A stretch of 64,000 bases of DNA from a candidate division FCPU426 bacterium. Its GTDB lineage: Bacteria > Oederibacteriota > PGYV01 > Palsa-1178. The notes beneath the pieces were generated by a model, which ran no database searches, was not told the origin of the DNA, and was given only the letters and a program-made list of their open reading frames with translations. The position numbers were made by a program, and so were the translations under genes. This document shows positions 1 to 9,101 of this stretch, piece after piece. Within the stretch, counting starts at the first letter, position 1, and the number at the start of each line of letters is the position of its first letter. Where the stretch lies: the NCBI GenBank assembly GCA_963840035.1, contig CAWIXE010000002.1:608001-672000 (forward strand), given 5' to 3'.

Positions 1-1
1 C

Positions 2-1159
2 ATGCAGGACGCGGACCCGTTTGGACTGATTGCCGGCGATACCATCGCGGGCGGGGACGTCAAAGCCACGCTGTTTGGCCTTTTTAAAATTTCCGGTGAA
101 TTTGAATATTCAAATTATTACGCCAGGTACGTGACATCGACTCCGATGCCTTACACGCAAAAAGGCTCGGCCATGTACGCGAATCTGGTACCGTCATTTT
201 TACCGAAGCAGATTTACCTCGGGGCCAGGTATACCAGGATAGACCCTGATTATGTGGCGCCGGCATCCGGCGTATCCGATACGAGCGTCAAATCAATTGA
301 CGCGGCAGACCCGGCAAAAGTCAAACTGGACAGCCTGACCACGATATCCGACCCCACAACTCTTGAAAACAATATGAACAAGATTGAAGTATCGGCCCGG
401 CTGAATGTGCCGTACTGCCTTTTAAGGCTTAACTATGGAGTGTCCTCGCAGCTTAGGGCGACGGGAAATATGTTCTATTCCAGGAGGTATGTCATAGGGA
501 CGTCCATCTGGTGGAACGCGTTTTACTCCAACTACGGTTTTCTGGACACCGCCTCAGGCCAGCACGCGGCAATTATAAATTACAATAATAACAGGTATGA
601 TTATGACCCGTCTTTGACAACCTACAGGCTCGCTGAGATAATGGCGGGCGGGAATGGCGGCCTCGCGACAGACGAATGGACATCCTCAAGGGAGTTCATG
701 GTCTCTTCGGACGTCACAAAAGACACGATAAAATATAAAACAAACGCGGTCGCCGATTTAAGGGTTGAATTGAGCAGGTTTGTAGGCCTGCGTCAGCCTC
801 TCTTTCTGCACGCTTACGGTGAACTCAACAGCCTTTCAAACGGGACTGATTACATAGTCAAGTATGACCCGGCGAGGCTTTTTTCCCAGCTTATTTTAAC
901 TTCAACAATCGTTTACAACCCCGTGAACAATATCTGCATCCTCGGATATTTCGGCTCTGAGGCGTGGGCGTCAAAAAGCACGCTGCCGCATGAGATTGAC
1001 TACCTTGACTGCATGGCCGGTCTCGGCGCTGATTTTGACATATCGGGCAGGGCCGGCCTTTTTATAAGGGTAAAGAATTTTTTCCATAAGGATAAGTTCA
1101 TATCCGGCAATAATTTCCACGGATGGCAGATAACAGGCGAGCTTAAGAGTTTCTTCTAA
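2..1159 (+). CDS. Outer-membrane beta-barrel protein, C-terminal part (5' truncated by window edge)
   Basis: Alternating amphipathic strands; ends ...GELKSFF (terminal Phe); shares GEFEYSNY and GLGADFDI...D....NNF motifs with the next ORF. Confidence 0.7.
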   Translation: MQDADPFGLIAGDTIAGGDVKATLFGLFKISGEFEYSNYYARYVTSTPMPYTQKGSAMYANLVPSFLPKQIYLGARYTRIDPDYVAPASGVSDTSVKSIDAADPAKVKLDSLTTISDPTTLENNMNKIEVSARLNVPYCLLRLNYGVSSQLRATGNMFYSRRYVIGTSIWWNAFYSNYGFLDTASGQHAAIINYNNNRYDYDPSLTTYRLAEIMAGGNGGLATDEWTSSREFMVSSDVTKDTIKYKTNAVADLRVELSRFVGLRQPLFLHAYGELNSLSNGTDYIVKYDPARLFSQLILTSTIVYNPVNNICILGYFGSEAWASKSTLPHEIDYLDCMAGLGADFDISGRAGLFIRVKNFFHKDKFISGNNFHGWQITGELKSFF

Positions 1160-1180
1160 TATATTACGGAGGTAATTAAA

Positions 1181-3289
1181 TTGAAAAGAATAATCATCGT
1201 GTTGACGGCGGCTTTGTTGCTGCCGTGTATGCCTGCCATGGCAGTACCGGCGCCGGATAAAGCGTATCAGGACATTATGACGCTTTCGTCATCAGGCGTT
1301 ATACCTGAAAAACCGGCAAAGGCGCAGATTACCAGGGATGAAGCGTTGATTCTGGTTGAATCCGGGGTTAAAAACGTAACAGCGGGTAATTACGGGGCGT
1401 CAAAAGCGGAACTTGAAACGCTTTATGGACTTGTAAAAATGTTTACGACAGACATGATGGAAAAGGGAAAGGACCTGGGGGAGATAGAGGATATCCTGGT
1501 CGACCTTAGGATGCGTTCGGAAAGTTCGCGCATGAAAAATATTGAGGATAAACAGGAAGCCATATCCGGAACCATAGGGCTTAAGATTAACGGCGATGCT
1601 TCAGTTAACATGGTGGACCTTCTTTTGACCGGGAACGCGTTCCCGCTGGAGAGGGATTACAGGCCCGTCACGCAATACATTGACCTCATATTTTCAGCAC
1701 ATCAGTCGGACAAGCTTTCGGCTGAAGCGGTTTTCAGGATCGAGAGCCTTTTTGGCAGCTACTGGAGCGCCATGAATATATACGGCGTCAGGAAACTGAA
1801 TATACACGGAAATTACCCGGTTTCATTTGACGCGGGAGTATATCAGGCAAAATTAACGCCGCTTACATTATGGGCTGTGGATGATGACAGGCCCTTTGAG
1901 GCGGCATTTTTTAAGAATAAGAGGGATATGATAAAGAAAGAACTGTATCTCGAAGATGAAATGTGGCCGCTGACAGGCTTAAAACTGGCATCGGATTTTA
2001 AATTATTCGGTGAAACGCAGTTCAACGCGGCGCTAATGGCGGCAAGGATTGCCGTGGCAAACGACACTTCAACGACCTCATATGCCTCATATGTAAACGC
2101 CCCGTCATATTCGGCCAGTGCCGGAGCCTTATACACATGCCCGCATGACAGGTATATGCTGGCGGGAAGGCTATCGACAGACCTGTCGTTTAAGGACAAA
2201 GTAACCTTTGGCCTTAACGCTGTTGAAATAACGGATATCAAAGAGACAGGGCTTATTAAAATGTCGCCATCCATGAGCAATCTGGTGGCATCAGCGGACG
2301 CTGAGGTCAAGGTGTTTGACTGGCTGAAACTTAAGGGCGAATATGCCATGTCTGATTACTATGTCACGACGTCACAGTCGGCGCAGGTGTGGAACAACAG
2401 GGACAACTGGGATTCCGCGCTGATGGCGGGGCTTGAGGCGGAAGGATTCGGGCTTAAACTTGACGGCTCGTTCAGGGTCAACGGCGACGTTTTTACCTCG
2501 TACGCGGCACAGTCAAGGACATATGACGGGTTTGCCAACTTCGCATATCTGACGGAAAATAACACATGGAACGTATCAATGGCGCCGCCCGCGTTTTCAC
2601 TTAATAACGCGGCGTTCCCGCTCACAAAATATAACGCGTCTATAAACGGAAGTTACGCCGCAACCGGCAAGAATCTGATGCCGTTTGTTTTTTATGAGAA
2701 TAACTCCATGCCTTACGGCGGGTCAACGCCTAACAGGCAGGGTCTTGATGTAAAAATAGGCGGCGATTATTTCGGATCGGCTATAATGCCGTCAGCCCGC
2801 TACTCTTACTACCAGGAGCTCGTGTCACACATGCCGGGCTCACAGGCTACATCGCCCAGGACTTTTCAGGCCGTTGAAGGCGGCATCAAGTCAAAACTTG
2901 GCAATATCTCCGCGGGCGCCGGATACAAACTTGAAATGACGGAAAACACATCAATAGGAGGCCAGGTGGAACTTACTGCACAGATAATAGACGCTTCCTT
3001 TGATTATGGGATAACCCCGAAGTTAGGCGTTCACGCCGGCTTTAAAGGCAATATATTTGCCGGCAAGGATTGCCCGTATACATATACGTCGGGTTCGGGG
3101 ATGGCTTTCGGAGTTTTAAAATCCTATGACGCTACAATACTTAAGTGGGGGCTTGGAGTGGATTATGAAATATTAAAACAGGCGACTGCCAGGCTTTCAT
3201 TCGCGCACACTTATTTTACGGATAACCTTGAATCATCGAATAATTTTACGGCGCAGGAGATCGATCTGAGCGCTGTCATGACATTCTAA
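1181..3289 (+). CDS. SLH-like + coiled-coil + beta-barrel outer-membrane protein (OmpM/SomA-like architecture)
   Basis: RBS GGAGG before TTG; signal peptide; AYQDIMTLSSSGVI...ITRDEAL resembles SLH; heptad stalk; barrel ending LSAVMTF. Confidence 0.7.
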   Translation: MKRIIIVLTAALLLPCMPAMAVPAPDKAYQDIMTLSSSGVIPEKPAKAQITRDEALILVESGVKNVTAGNYGASKAELETLYGLVKMFTTDMMEKGKDLGEIEDILVDLRMRSESSRMKNIEDKQEAISGTIGLKINGDASVNMVDLLLTGNAFPLERDYRPVTQYIDLIFSAHQSDKLSAEAVFRIESLFGSYWSAMNIYGVRKLNIHGNYPVSFDAGVYQAKLTPLTLWAVDDDRPFEAAFFKNKRDMIKKELYLEDEMWPLTGLKLASDFKLFGETQFNAALMAARIAVANDTSTTSYASYVNAPSYSASAGALYTCPHDRYMLAGRLSTDLSFKDKVTFGLNAVEITDIKETGLIKMSPSMSNLVASADAEVKVFDWLKLKGEYAMSDYYVTTSQSAQVWNNRDNWDSALMAGLEAEGFGLKLDGSFRVNGDVFTSYAAQSRTYDGFANFAYLTENNTWNVSMAPPAFSLNNAAFPLTKYNASINGSYAATGKNLMPFVFYENNSMPYGGSTPNRQGLDVKIGGDYFGSAIMPSARYSYYQELVSHMPGSQATSPRTFQAVEGGIKSKLGNISAGAGYKLEMTENTSIGGQVELTAQIIDASFDYGITPKLGVHAGFKGNIFAGKDCPYTYTSGSGMAFGVLKSYDATILKWGLGVDYEILKQATARLSFAHTYFTDNLESSNNFTAQEIDLSAVMTF

Positions 3290-3305
3290 TAAACGGAGGG
3301 AAAAA

Positions 3306-5453
3306 ATGACCAAAGACAGATTTTTATTGTTCGCATTCGCAATAGCCGTGCTTATAGCCGGCTGCGCAGGGGGTGCTGTAATGGCTGATGGAAGTGCTGG
3401 AAGCGGAAAGTATGTGTGGAAAAGCGTTATCGCCGGCGGCGGCGGATTTATAGACGGGATTATTTACCATCCCGCGGAAAAAGGGCTTGTATATCTGCGA
3501 ACCGATATGGGCGGGGCTTACAGGTGGGATGACACCGCGAAAATTTGGATATGCTTAAATGACATGTTCACAAGGTCTGAGGCTGATAATTACGGCATAT
3601 TAAGCCTTGCTGTTGACCCGGCAGACGCGAATAAAGTCTATATGATGACAGGCAAGTACACGCAGGACTGGGCGGGTAAAGGCGTATTTTTAGCCTCAGA
3701 CGACAGGGGCAAGACATGGAAAAAAACCGGCCTTGATTTCAAGGTTGGCGGCAATGAGGATGGAAGGGGCTGCGGAGAAAGGCTCGCGGTTGACCCGAAT
3801 AAACCATCTGTGCTTTTCATGGGCTCAACAAAGAACGGCATGTGGAAATCAACAGACAGCGGCGAAACATGGGAGCAGGTAAGTTCGTTCAAGCCGGTAA
3901 ACATAAACTTCATAGCTTTTGACCCGGCAAGCGGGAAAAAGGGCTCGGTTTCAAAAAGAATATTCGCGTCGGCAGCGGATACATCAAAGTCCATATATGT
4001 ATCCGAGGACGCGGGTAAGTCATGGAAAGCTGTTGTGGGACAGCCTAAGAAATTAATGGGAATCAGGAATGATGTTGTGAAAGGCTTTTTATATGTAACT
4101 TTTTCCGACGGGCCGGGGCCTAACGGCGCGACTATGGGCGCGGTATATAAATACGACATAGCGGAAGGGGCATGGACTGACCTTAAACTTCCTGAAGGGC
4201 CGGGCGGATTTTCCGGAATATCAGTAAACCCGAAAGACCCGAAAAACATCATAGTATCATCGCTCGACAGGTGGGGCGGCCCGGATGATGTTTTCCTTAC
4301 ATTTGACGGCGGAAAAACATGGGCACAGAAAATAAAAGGCGCGAAATGGGATAATTCTTACGCCCCTTATACGGCGAAAAATTTTACTCCGCACTGGATA
4401 GCTGACGTTAAGATGGACCCGTTTGACCCCAACAGCGCCATGTGGGTGACCGGATACGGGCTCTGGGCCACGAATAACCTGAAGGATGAACCCTGCACGT
4501 GGTATTTCAATGACAAAATAATAGAACAGACCGTACCGCTTGAGATAATAAGCCCTCCGTCCGGAGGCGCGCACTTGGTCTCGGCGCTGGGGGATGTGGA
4601 CGGGTTCAGGTACGTGGATGATTTTGATAAATCGCCCGCAGACAGGCATTCGCCTCCGAGCTGGACGACACTTTCCATGGCGTGCGCGTGGAACTCGCCT
4701 GATTTTATGGTAAAGACAATAAATAAACCCACGTTCGGCGCGTATTCCGAAGATAACGGAATTACCTGGAAGAATTTCGCGAAGAAGCCGGAGGGCGCGA
4801 AAAGCGGCGGCGGCACAAGGTCGATATGCGTATCAGCCGACGGAAAATCCATAGTGTGGTATCCGGAAAAAGCCGAACTCTATTTTTCAAAGGATAAAGG
4901 CGCTACATGGACCAAATCCAACGGCGGAGTGCCGGGAATAAGGCCGGTTGCCGATACAGCAAACGCATCAAAGATATACGCGTACGACGGTGCCACCGGC
5001 ACCATGTGGGTATCAAATGATTACGGCGAGAATTTCTCAAAAGGTTCCGCTAATTTTGATTTCGTGCAGAAATGGACTGTTGATGACTGCATGGCTGCTG
5101 CTGTCCCGGGTAAAGAGGGGCATGTATGGGTTACGGCAGACACTAAAGGCCTCTTCCGCACAAAGGATTCTGGAAACAGCGCGAATAAGATTGAAGGCGT
5201 TGATGAAGCATACAGGCTCGGGTTCGGCAAGGCAGCGCCGGGTAAGGATTATCCCGCAATATTTATCGTGGGCAAAGTCGGCGGTGTTTACGGTTTCTTC
5301 AGGTCGGATGACGAAGGTTCTTCCTGGACACGCATAAATGACGACGAGCACCAGTACGGCTGGATACACTGCATCATAGGAGACCCGAGGATTTATGGCA
5401 GGTGCTATGTGGCGCTTGAAGGCAGGGGCGTTGCTTATGGGGATTTACAGTAA
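3306..5453 (+). CDS. GH74 xyloglucanase (lipoprotein)
   Basis: Lipobox LIAGC; GGGGFIDG, YLRTDMGGAY, SALGDVDG catalytic Asp motifs; BNR SxDxGxTW repeats. Confidence 0.92.
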   Translation: MTKDRFLLFAFAIAVLIAGCAGGAVMADGSAGSGKYVWKSVIAGGGGFIDGIIYHPAEKGLVYLRTDMGGAYRWDDTAKIWICLNDMFTRSEADNYGILSLAVDPADANKVYMMTGKYTQDWAGKGVFLASDDRGKTWKKTGLDFKVGGNEDGRGCGERLAVDPNKPSVLFMGSTKNGMWKSTDSGETWEQVSSFKPVNINFIAFDPASGKKGSVSKRIFASAADTSKSIYVSEDAGKSWKAVVGQPKKLMGIRNDVVKGFLYVTFSDGPGPNGATMGAVYKYDIAEGAWTDLKLPEGPGGFSGISVNPKDPKNIIVSSLDRWGGPDDVFLTFDGGKTWAQKIKGAKWDNSYAPYTAKNFTPHWIADVKMDPFDPNSAMWVTGYGLWATNNLKDEPCTWYFNDKIIEQTVPLEIISPPSGGAHLVSALGDVDGFRYVDDFDKSPADRHSPPSWTTLSMACAWNSPDFMVKTINKPTFGAYSEDNGITWKNFAKKPEGAKSGGGTRSICVSADGKSIVWYPEKAELYFSKDKGATWTKSNGGVPGIRPVADTANASKIYAYDGATGTMWVSNDYGENFSKGSANFDFVQKWTVDDCMAAAVPGKEGHVWVTADTKGLFRTKDSGNSANKIEGVDEAYRLGFGKAAPGKDYPAIFIVGKVGGVYGFFRSDDEGSSWTRINDDEHQYGWIHCIIGDPRIYGRCYVALEGRGVAYGDLQ

Positions 5454-5500
5454 TCACAAATCCCATGCTTCGACAAGCTCAGCATGTAATCACATATCCC
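5451..5500. repeat. AATCMCA heptamer repeat with nested REP-like hairpin
   Basis: taatcaca-aatccca-[tgcttcgacaagctcagcatgt]-aatcaca-tatccc; same heptamers uninterrupted at 50153-50180. Confidence 0.6.
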
Positions 5501-5559
5501 GAGTTGAACAGGTAATATCAAACAGGTAAAGAAATAAAACTAATTCAAGGAGGAGAAAC

Positions 5560-6159
5560 ATGAAGAAAGTTCTTGCACTGATGGGAATTGCAGTGGTAAT
5601 GGTTTTTGCGGGATGCGCGTCAACAGGCGCGGCTGCGGATACTTCGGCATCTGCTGCGCCGGCAGCTTCGACTGCGCCGGTAGCCGGAAACACGTTCGTG
5701 ATATGCAATTTTGAGTCGAAAACAACTGACGGGTTTGAAGGCAAAGGGAAATGGGCGGATGCATTAAAGGTAAATGATGACGCCAAGTTTGTAAAGGAAG
5801 GCAAGTATTCGCTTAAGATAAACGCAAAGGGAAGCACGGGCTGGAACCAGGACATTGCCGTAAGCGCGGGCCCTTTTCCGGACAAATTTAACAGGTTAAA
5901 GGCGATAACAATGGACGTTTTTGTGCCGAAAGAATCCATAAAGGGAACCGAATATTTTCAGATATTTTTTGTGGTGAACGGTTCGGCAAACGCGTGGTAC
6001 CAGGTACCGCAGGGCCTCAAAGAAGGCTGGAATTCGCTTGAATACAAGATAGATACAGACAACGTCTCCGGCGACATATGGCACGTTTATATGGTATTTA
6101 ATTCCGGCGGGACACTCGCAGGGCCGGTTTATATCGATAATATAGCAGGTCAGTACTAA
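5560..6159 (+). CDS. Lipoprotein with single CBM-like (galactose-binding-fold) domain
   Basis: Lipobox FAGC, Ala-rich linker, FE...EGKYSLK...DVFVP...WYQ...GWN...VYIDNI pattern. Confidence 0.75.
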   Translation: MKKVLALMGIAVVMVFAGCASTGAAADTSASAAPAASTAPVAGNTFVICNFESKTTDGFEGKGKWADALKVNDDAKFVKEGKYSLKINAKGSTGWNQDIAVSAGPFPDKFNRLKAITMDVFVPKESIKGTEYFQIFFVVNGSANAWYQVPQGLKEGWNSLEYKIDTDNVSGDIWHVYMVFNSGGTLAGPVYIDNIAGQY

Positions 6160-6175
6160 GTATAAACGGATAATC

Positions 6176-6220
6176 AATGCGGCGCCCGGGCTGTATAAAG
6201 GCCCGGGCAGCCGCATTTTT
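6176..6220 (+). terminator. Intrinsic terminator
   Basis: aatgcggcgcccgggc...gcccgggcagccgcatt hairpin followed by T run. Confidence 0.7.
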
Positions 6221-6358
6221 AAGAATACAATGAAATAACACGTCTTAATATCGGTGTAAGCGATTCCGGAAACATCGCGAAGGCCGGGGTTTCACCGCAT
6301 AAACAGGCACGGCAGCATAGCTGTCCCGGAAAGGGACATGAATATTACGGAGGAAACG

Positions 6359-9094
6359 ATGAAATATACGGTAAAAAGCAGCGGAATTGAAGTAACACTG
6401 GGAAAGAATGTATTAAGCGTGGAGCCATATTCGCCCGGGATTATCAGGGTGAAGTGCGGGCCAAAGACGGCTAAAAAAAGGGAAAGCCTTTCCGTGGTTT
6501 TAAAGCCGGAAAACTTCAGGTGGTCGATAACCGAGGAAAAAAACTGCCTGTGGGTGCTGGCCGGCGGTCTTAAGGTGAAAGTTGAGGGCGCGGGAACCGT
6601 GAGGTTTTATGATGCGGCCGGAAAACTCCTGCTCTCGGAAAAATCATCCGCTAAAAAACTCAAACCGTCGACGGTGTCCGGCGAAAAATGCATTAACTCC
6701 TCGCAGGGGTTCCTGCGTTCGGCTGATGAAGCCATTTACGGGCTGGGACAGTATGAGGAAGATTTTATGAACTATAAAAACTGCGAAGTGCTCATGATTC
6801 AGGCAAACAGGGTGATAGTCAATCCTGTGATAACTTCCACAAAAGGCTGGGCTATGCTGTGGGACAATTATTCAGAGACCGTGTTTAAGGCGGGGGAAAC
6901 GGACTTCTCGTTTGACTCTGAAGTTTCCGACGGCATTGATTATTATTTCATGGCGGGCGGCTCCATAGACGGCGCCATAAAGCAGTACAGGAAATTAACC
7001 GGGGCCGCGCCCATGTTCCCGAAATGGATATTCGGTTTCTGGCAGTCAAAGGAACGTTATACTGACCGCGACGAGCTCATTTACATAATTAAGGAATGCA
7101 GGAAAAGGAAGATACCCTTAGACAGCATAGTACAGGACTGGCGCTACTGGGGTGAGAACGAGGTTTTCTCGGGTATGGAGTGGGAAAAGTACCGTTTTCC
7201 GGACCCAAAGAAGATGATGAAGGAAATACACGACCTGCACGCGCACCTGATGTGCTCGTTCTGGCCTGCGCTCGGCCCGGATTCAAAACCGCATAAGGAA
7301 CTCGCGGCAAAAGGTCATATGTTCAAGGGCCCGCACTGGACAGGGTCAAAACTTTACGACGCTTTTTCACCGGAGGCCAGGAGCATATACTGGAAACATG
7401 TAAAAAAATGCCTTTATGACAACGGCGTGGACGCATACTGGATGGACGGCACTGAGGCTGAATTCTTGTCGGCAGAGGACAGGTACGTACTCGCCGAAAC
7501 ATACAAGGCCAATGGCAAAAATGAACTTGGAACTATGGCAAGGTATTTAAACGCCTTTTCGCTGATGACCACAAAAGGCGTTTATGAGAATCACCGCGCA
7601 GTTTCCAATAATAAAAAGAGGGTATTCACTCTGACCCGGTCCTCTTTCGCCGGACAGCAGCGCAACGCTGCTGCTGCGTGGTCAGGGGATACATTCGCCA
7701 GTTGGGAAACATTAAAAGGCCAGGTATCGGCCGGCATTAATTTCTCCGCGTCAGGCCTGCCTTACTGGACCAGCGATATAGGCGCTTTCTACCCGTTCTT
7801 TAAATATAAGGAGCCGTTAAAGGACGCGGCATACAAAGAATTATATCTGCGCTGGTTCCAGTTCGTGGCATTTACGCCGATTTTGCGCGTGCACGGAACA
7901 GCCGCGCCAAGGGAAGTGTGGAGATTCGGCAACCCGGGAAGCGTGGAATATGATACGCAGATGAAGTTCATAGAGCTTAGGTATAAGCTTTTGCCTTACA
8001 TATATTCAACGGCCTGGAAAGTAACGAGCCAGGGATACTCGTTCATCCGTCCGCTGGCATCGGATTTTGCCGGGGATAAAGCCGCGGTAAATTGCGGTAC
8101 GCAGTACATGTTCGGGGAGTCTTTGATGGCGTGCCCTGTGACCAAGGAACTTTACAGGGAAACAACGCACAAAGGCGATTACATTTATTATAAGAACCTC
8201 TTTACACCGGACGGCAAGGAACACGGGCTGATATACGAGATATACAACGGAGTTGATTTCAAGGACCTGCGATGCACCAGGAAACTTGATACTTCCTCCA
8301 TGGGATGGGCAGGAAATATTCCGGCGGACATTAAACTTGAATATTCGCAGAGATGGACAGGAAAGATACTCACAAACGAAGCCGGCAAATATGATTTTAC
8401 AGCCATTACAGACGGTAGCGTCAGAATCTGGCTTAACGGGAAGCTTGTCGTGGACGCGTGGGATAACAGGGAAGAAAAACGTTTTGATTTCTCCGCGAAA
8501 CTCAAAGAAAACACCAAGTACTCCATAAAGCTCGAGCACCAGCAGTTCCGGATGAAGCAGGCAATAATGAGGCTGAACTGGCATACCCCGGCAATGAAAA
8601 AAGATGAGGCAAAGAAATCAATAAATGTTTACATGCCTGCGGACAAAAAATGGGTGGATTTCTGGACAGGCAAAGCAACTGTATCGGGTAAGGTGTTGGC
8701 CTTAAAGCCGGCGCTTGATACCATGCCGCTATACGTGGCTGCGGGTTCCATAATCCCCGTAGGACCGGCTATGCAGTATGTCACTGAAAAACCGGCGGAC
8801 CCGCTCGAACTGCGCGTGTATCCCGGCGCTGACGCCTCTTTTGAGCTGTATGAGGATGAAGGAGACGGTTATGACTATGAAAAAGGCGCATTTTCAATCA
8901 TATCCATAAAGTGGTTTGACAGGTTTAACACTCTTGTTATCGGGAAAAGGCAGGGAAAATTCCCGGGCATGATGAATGAGCGCACCTTTAAGGTGGCCCT
9001 GGTTAAACCCGGACGCGGCACAGGCATAAAGGAAACACCAAAAGCTGATGCCGTAGTAAAATATGACGGGACGGAAAAGACGGTAAAAATTTAG
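6359..9094 (+). CDS. GH31 alpha-xylosidase with inserted PA14 domain
   Basis: YWMDGTE nucleophile motif, WSGD, YWTSDIG, LYEDEGD C-terminal; PA14-like segment (SQRWTGKI...TDGSVRIWLNGKLVVDAW); no signal peptide; RBS GGAGG. Confidence 0.9.
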   Translation: MKYTVKSSGIEVTLGKNVLSVEPYSPGIIRVKCGPKTAKKRESLSVVLKPENFRWSITEEKNCLWVLAGGLKVKVEGAGTVRFYDAAGKLLLSEKSSAKKLKPSTVSGEKCINSSQGFLRSADEAIYGLGQYEEDFMNYKNCEVLMIQANRVIVNPVITSTKGWAMLWDNYSETVFKAGETDFSFDSEVSDGIDYYFMAGGSIDGAIKQYRKLTGAAPMFPKWIFGFWQSKERYTDRDELIYIIKECRKRKIPLDSIVQDWRYWGENEVFSGMEWEKYRFPDPKKMMKEIHDLHAHLMCSFWPALGPDSKPHKELAAKGHMFKGPHWTGSKLYDAFSPEARSIYWKHVKKCLYDNGVDAYWMDGTEAEFLSAEDRYVLAETYKANGKNELGTMARYLNAFSLMTTKGVYENHRAVSNNKKRVFTLTRSSFAGQQRNAAAAWSGDTFASWETLKGQVSAGINFSASGLPYWTSDIGAFYPFFKYKEPLKDAAYKELYLRWFQFVAFTPILRVHGTAAPREVWRFGNPGSVEYDTQMKFIELRYKLLPYIYSTAWKVTSQGYSFIRPLASDFAGDKAAVNCGTQYMFGESLMACPVTKELYRETTHKGDYIYYKNLFTPDGKEHGLIYEIYNGVDFKDLRCTRKLDTSSMGWAGNIPADIKLEYSQRWTGKILTNEAGKYDFTAITDGSVRIWLNGKLVVDAWDNREEKRFDFSAKLKENTKYSIKLEHQQFRMKQAIMRLNWHTPAMKKDEAKKSINVYMPADKKWVDFWTGKATVSGKVLALKPALDTMPLYVAAGSIIPVGPAMQYVTEKPADPLELRVYPGADASFELYEDEGDGYDYEKGAFSIISIKWFDRFNTLVIGKRQGKFPGMMNERTFKVALVKPGRGTGIKETPKADAVVKYDGTEKTVKI

Positions 9095-9101
9095 GAGGCA
9101 T

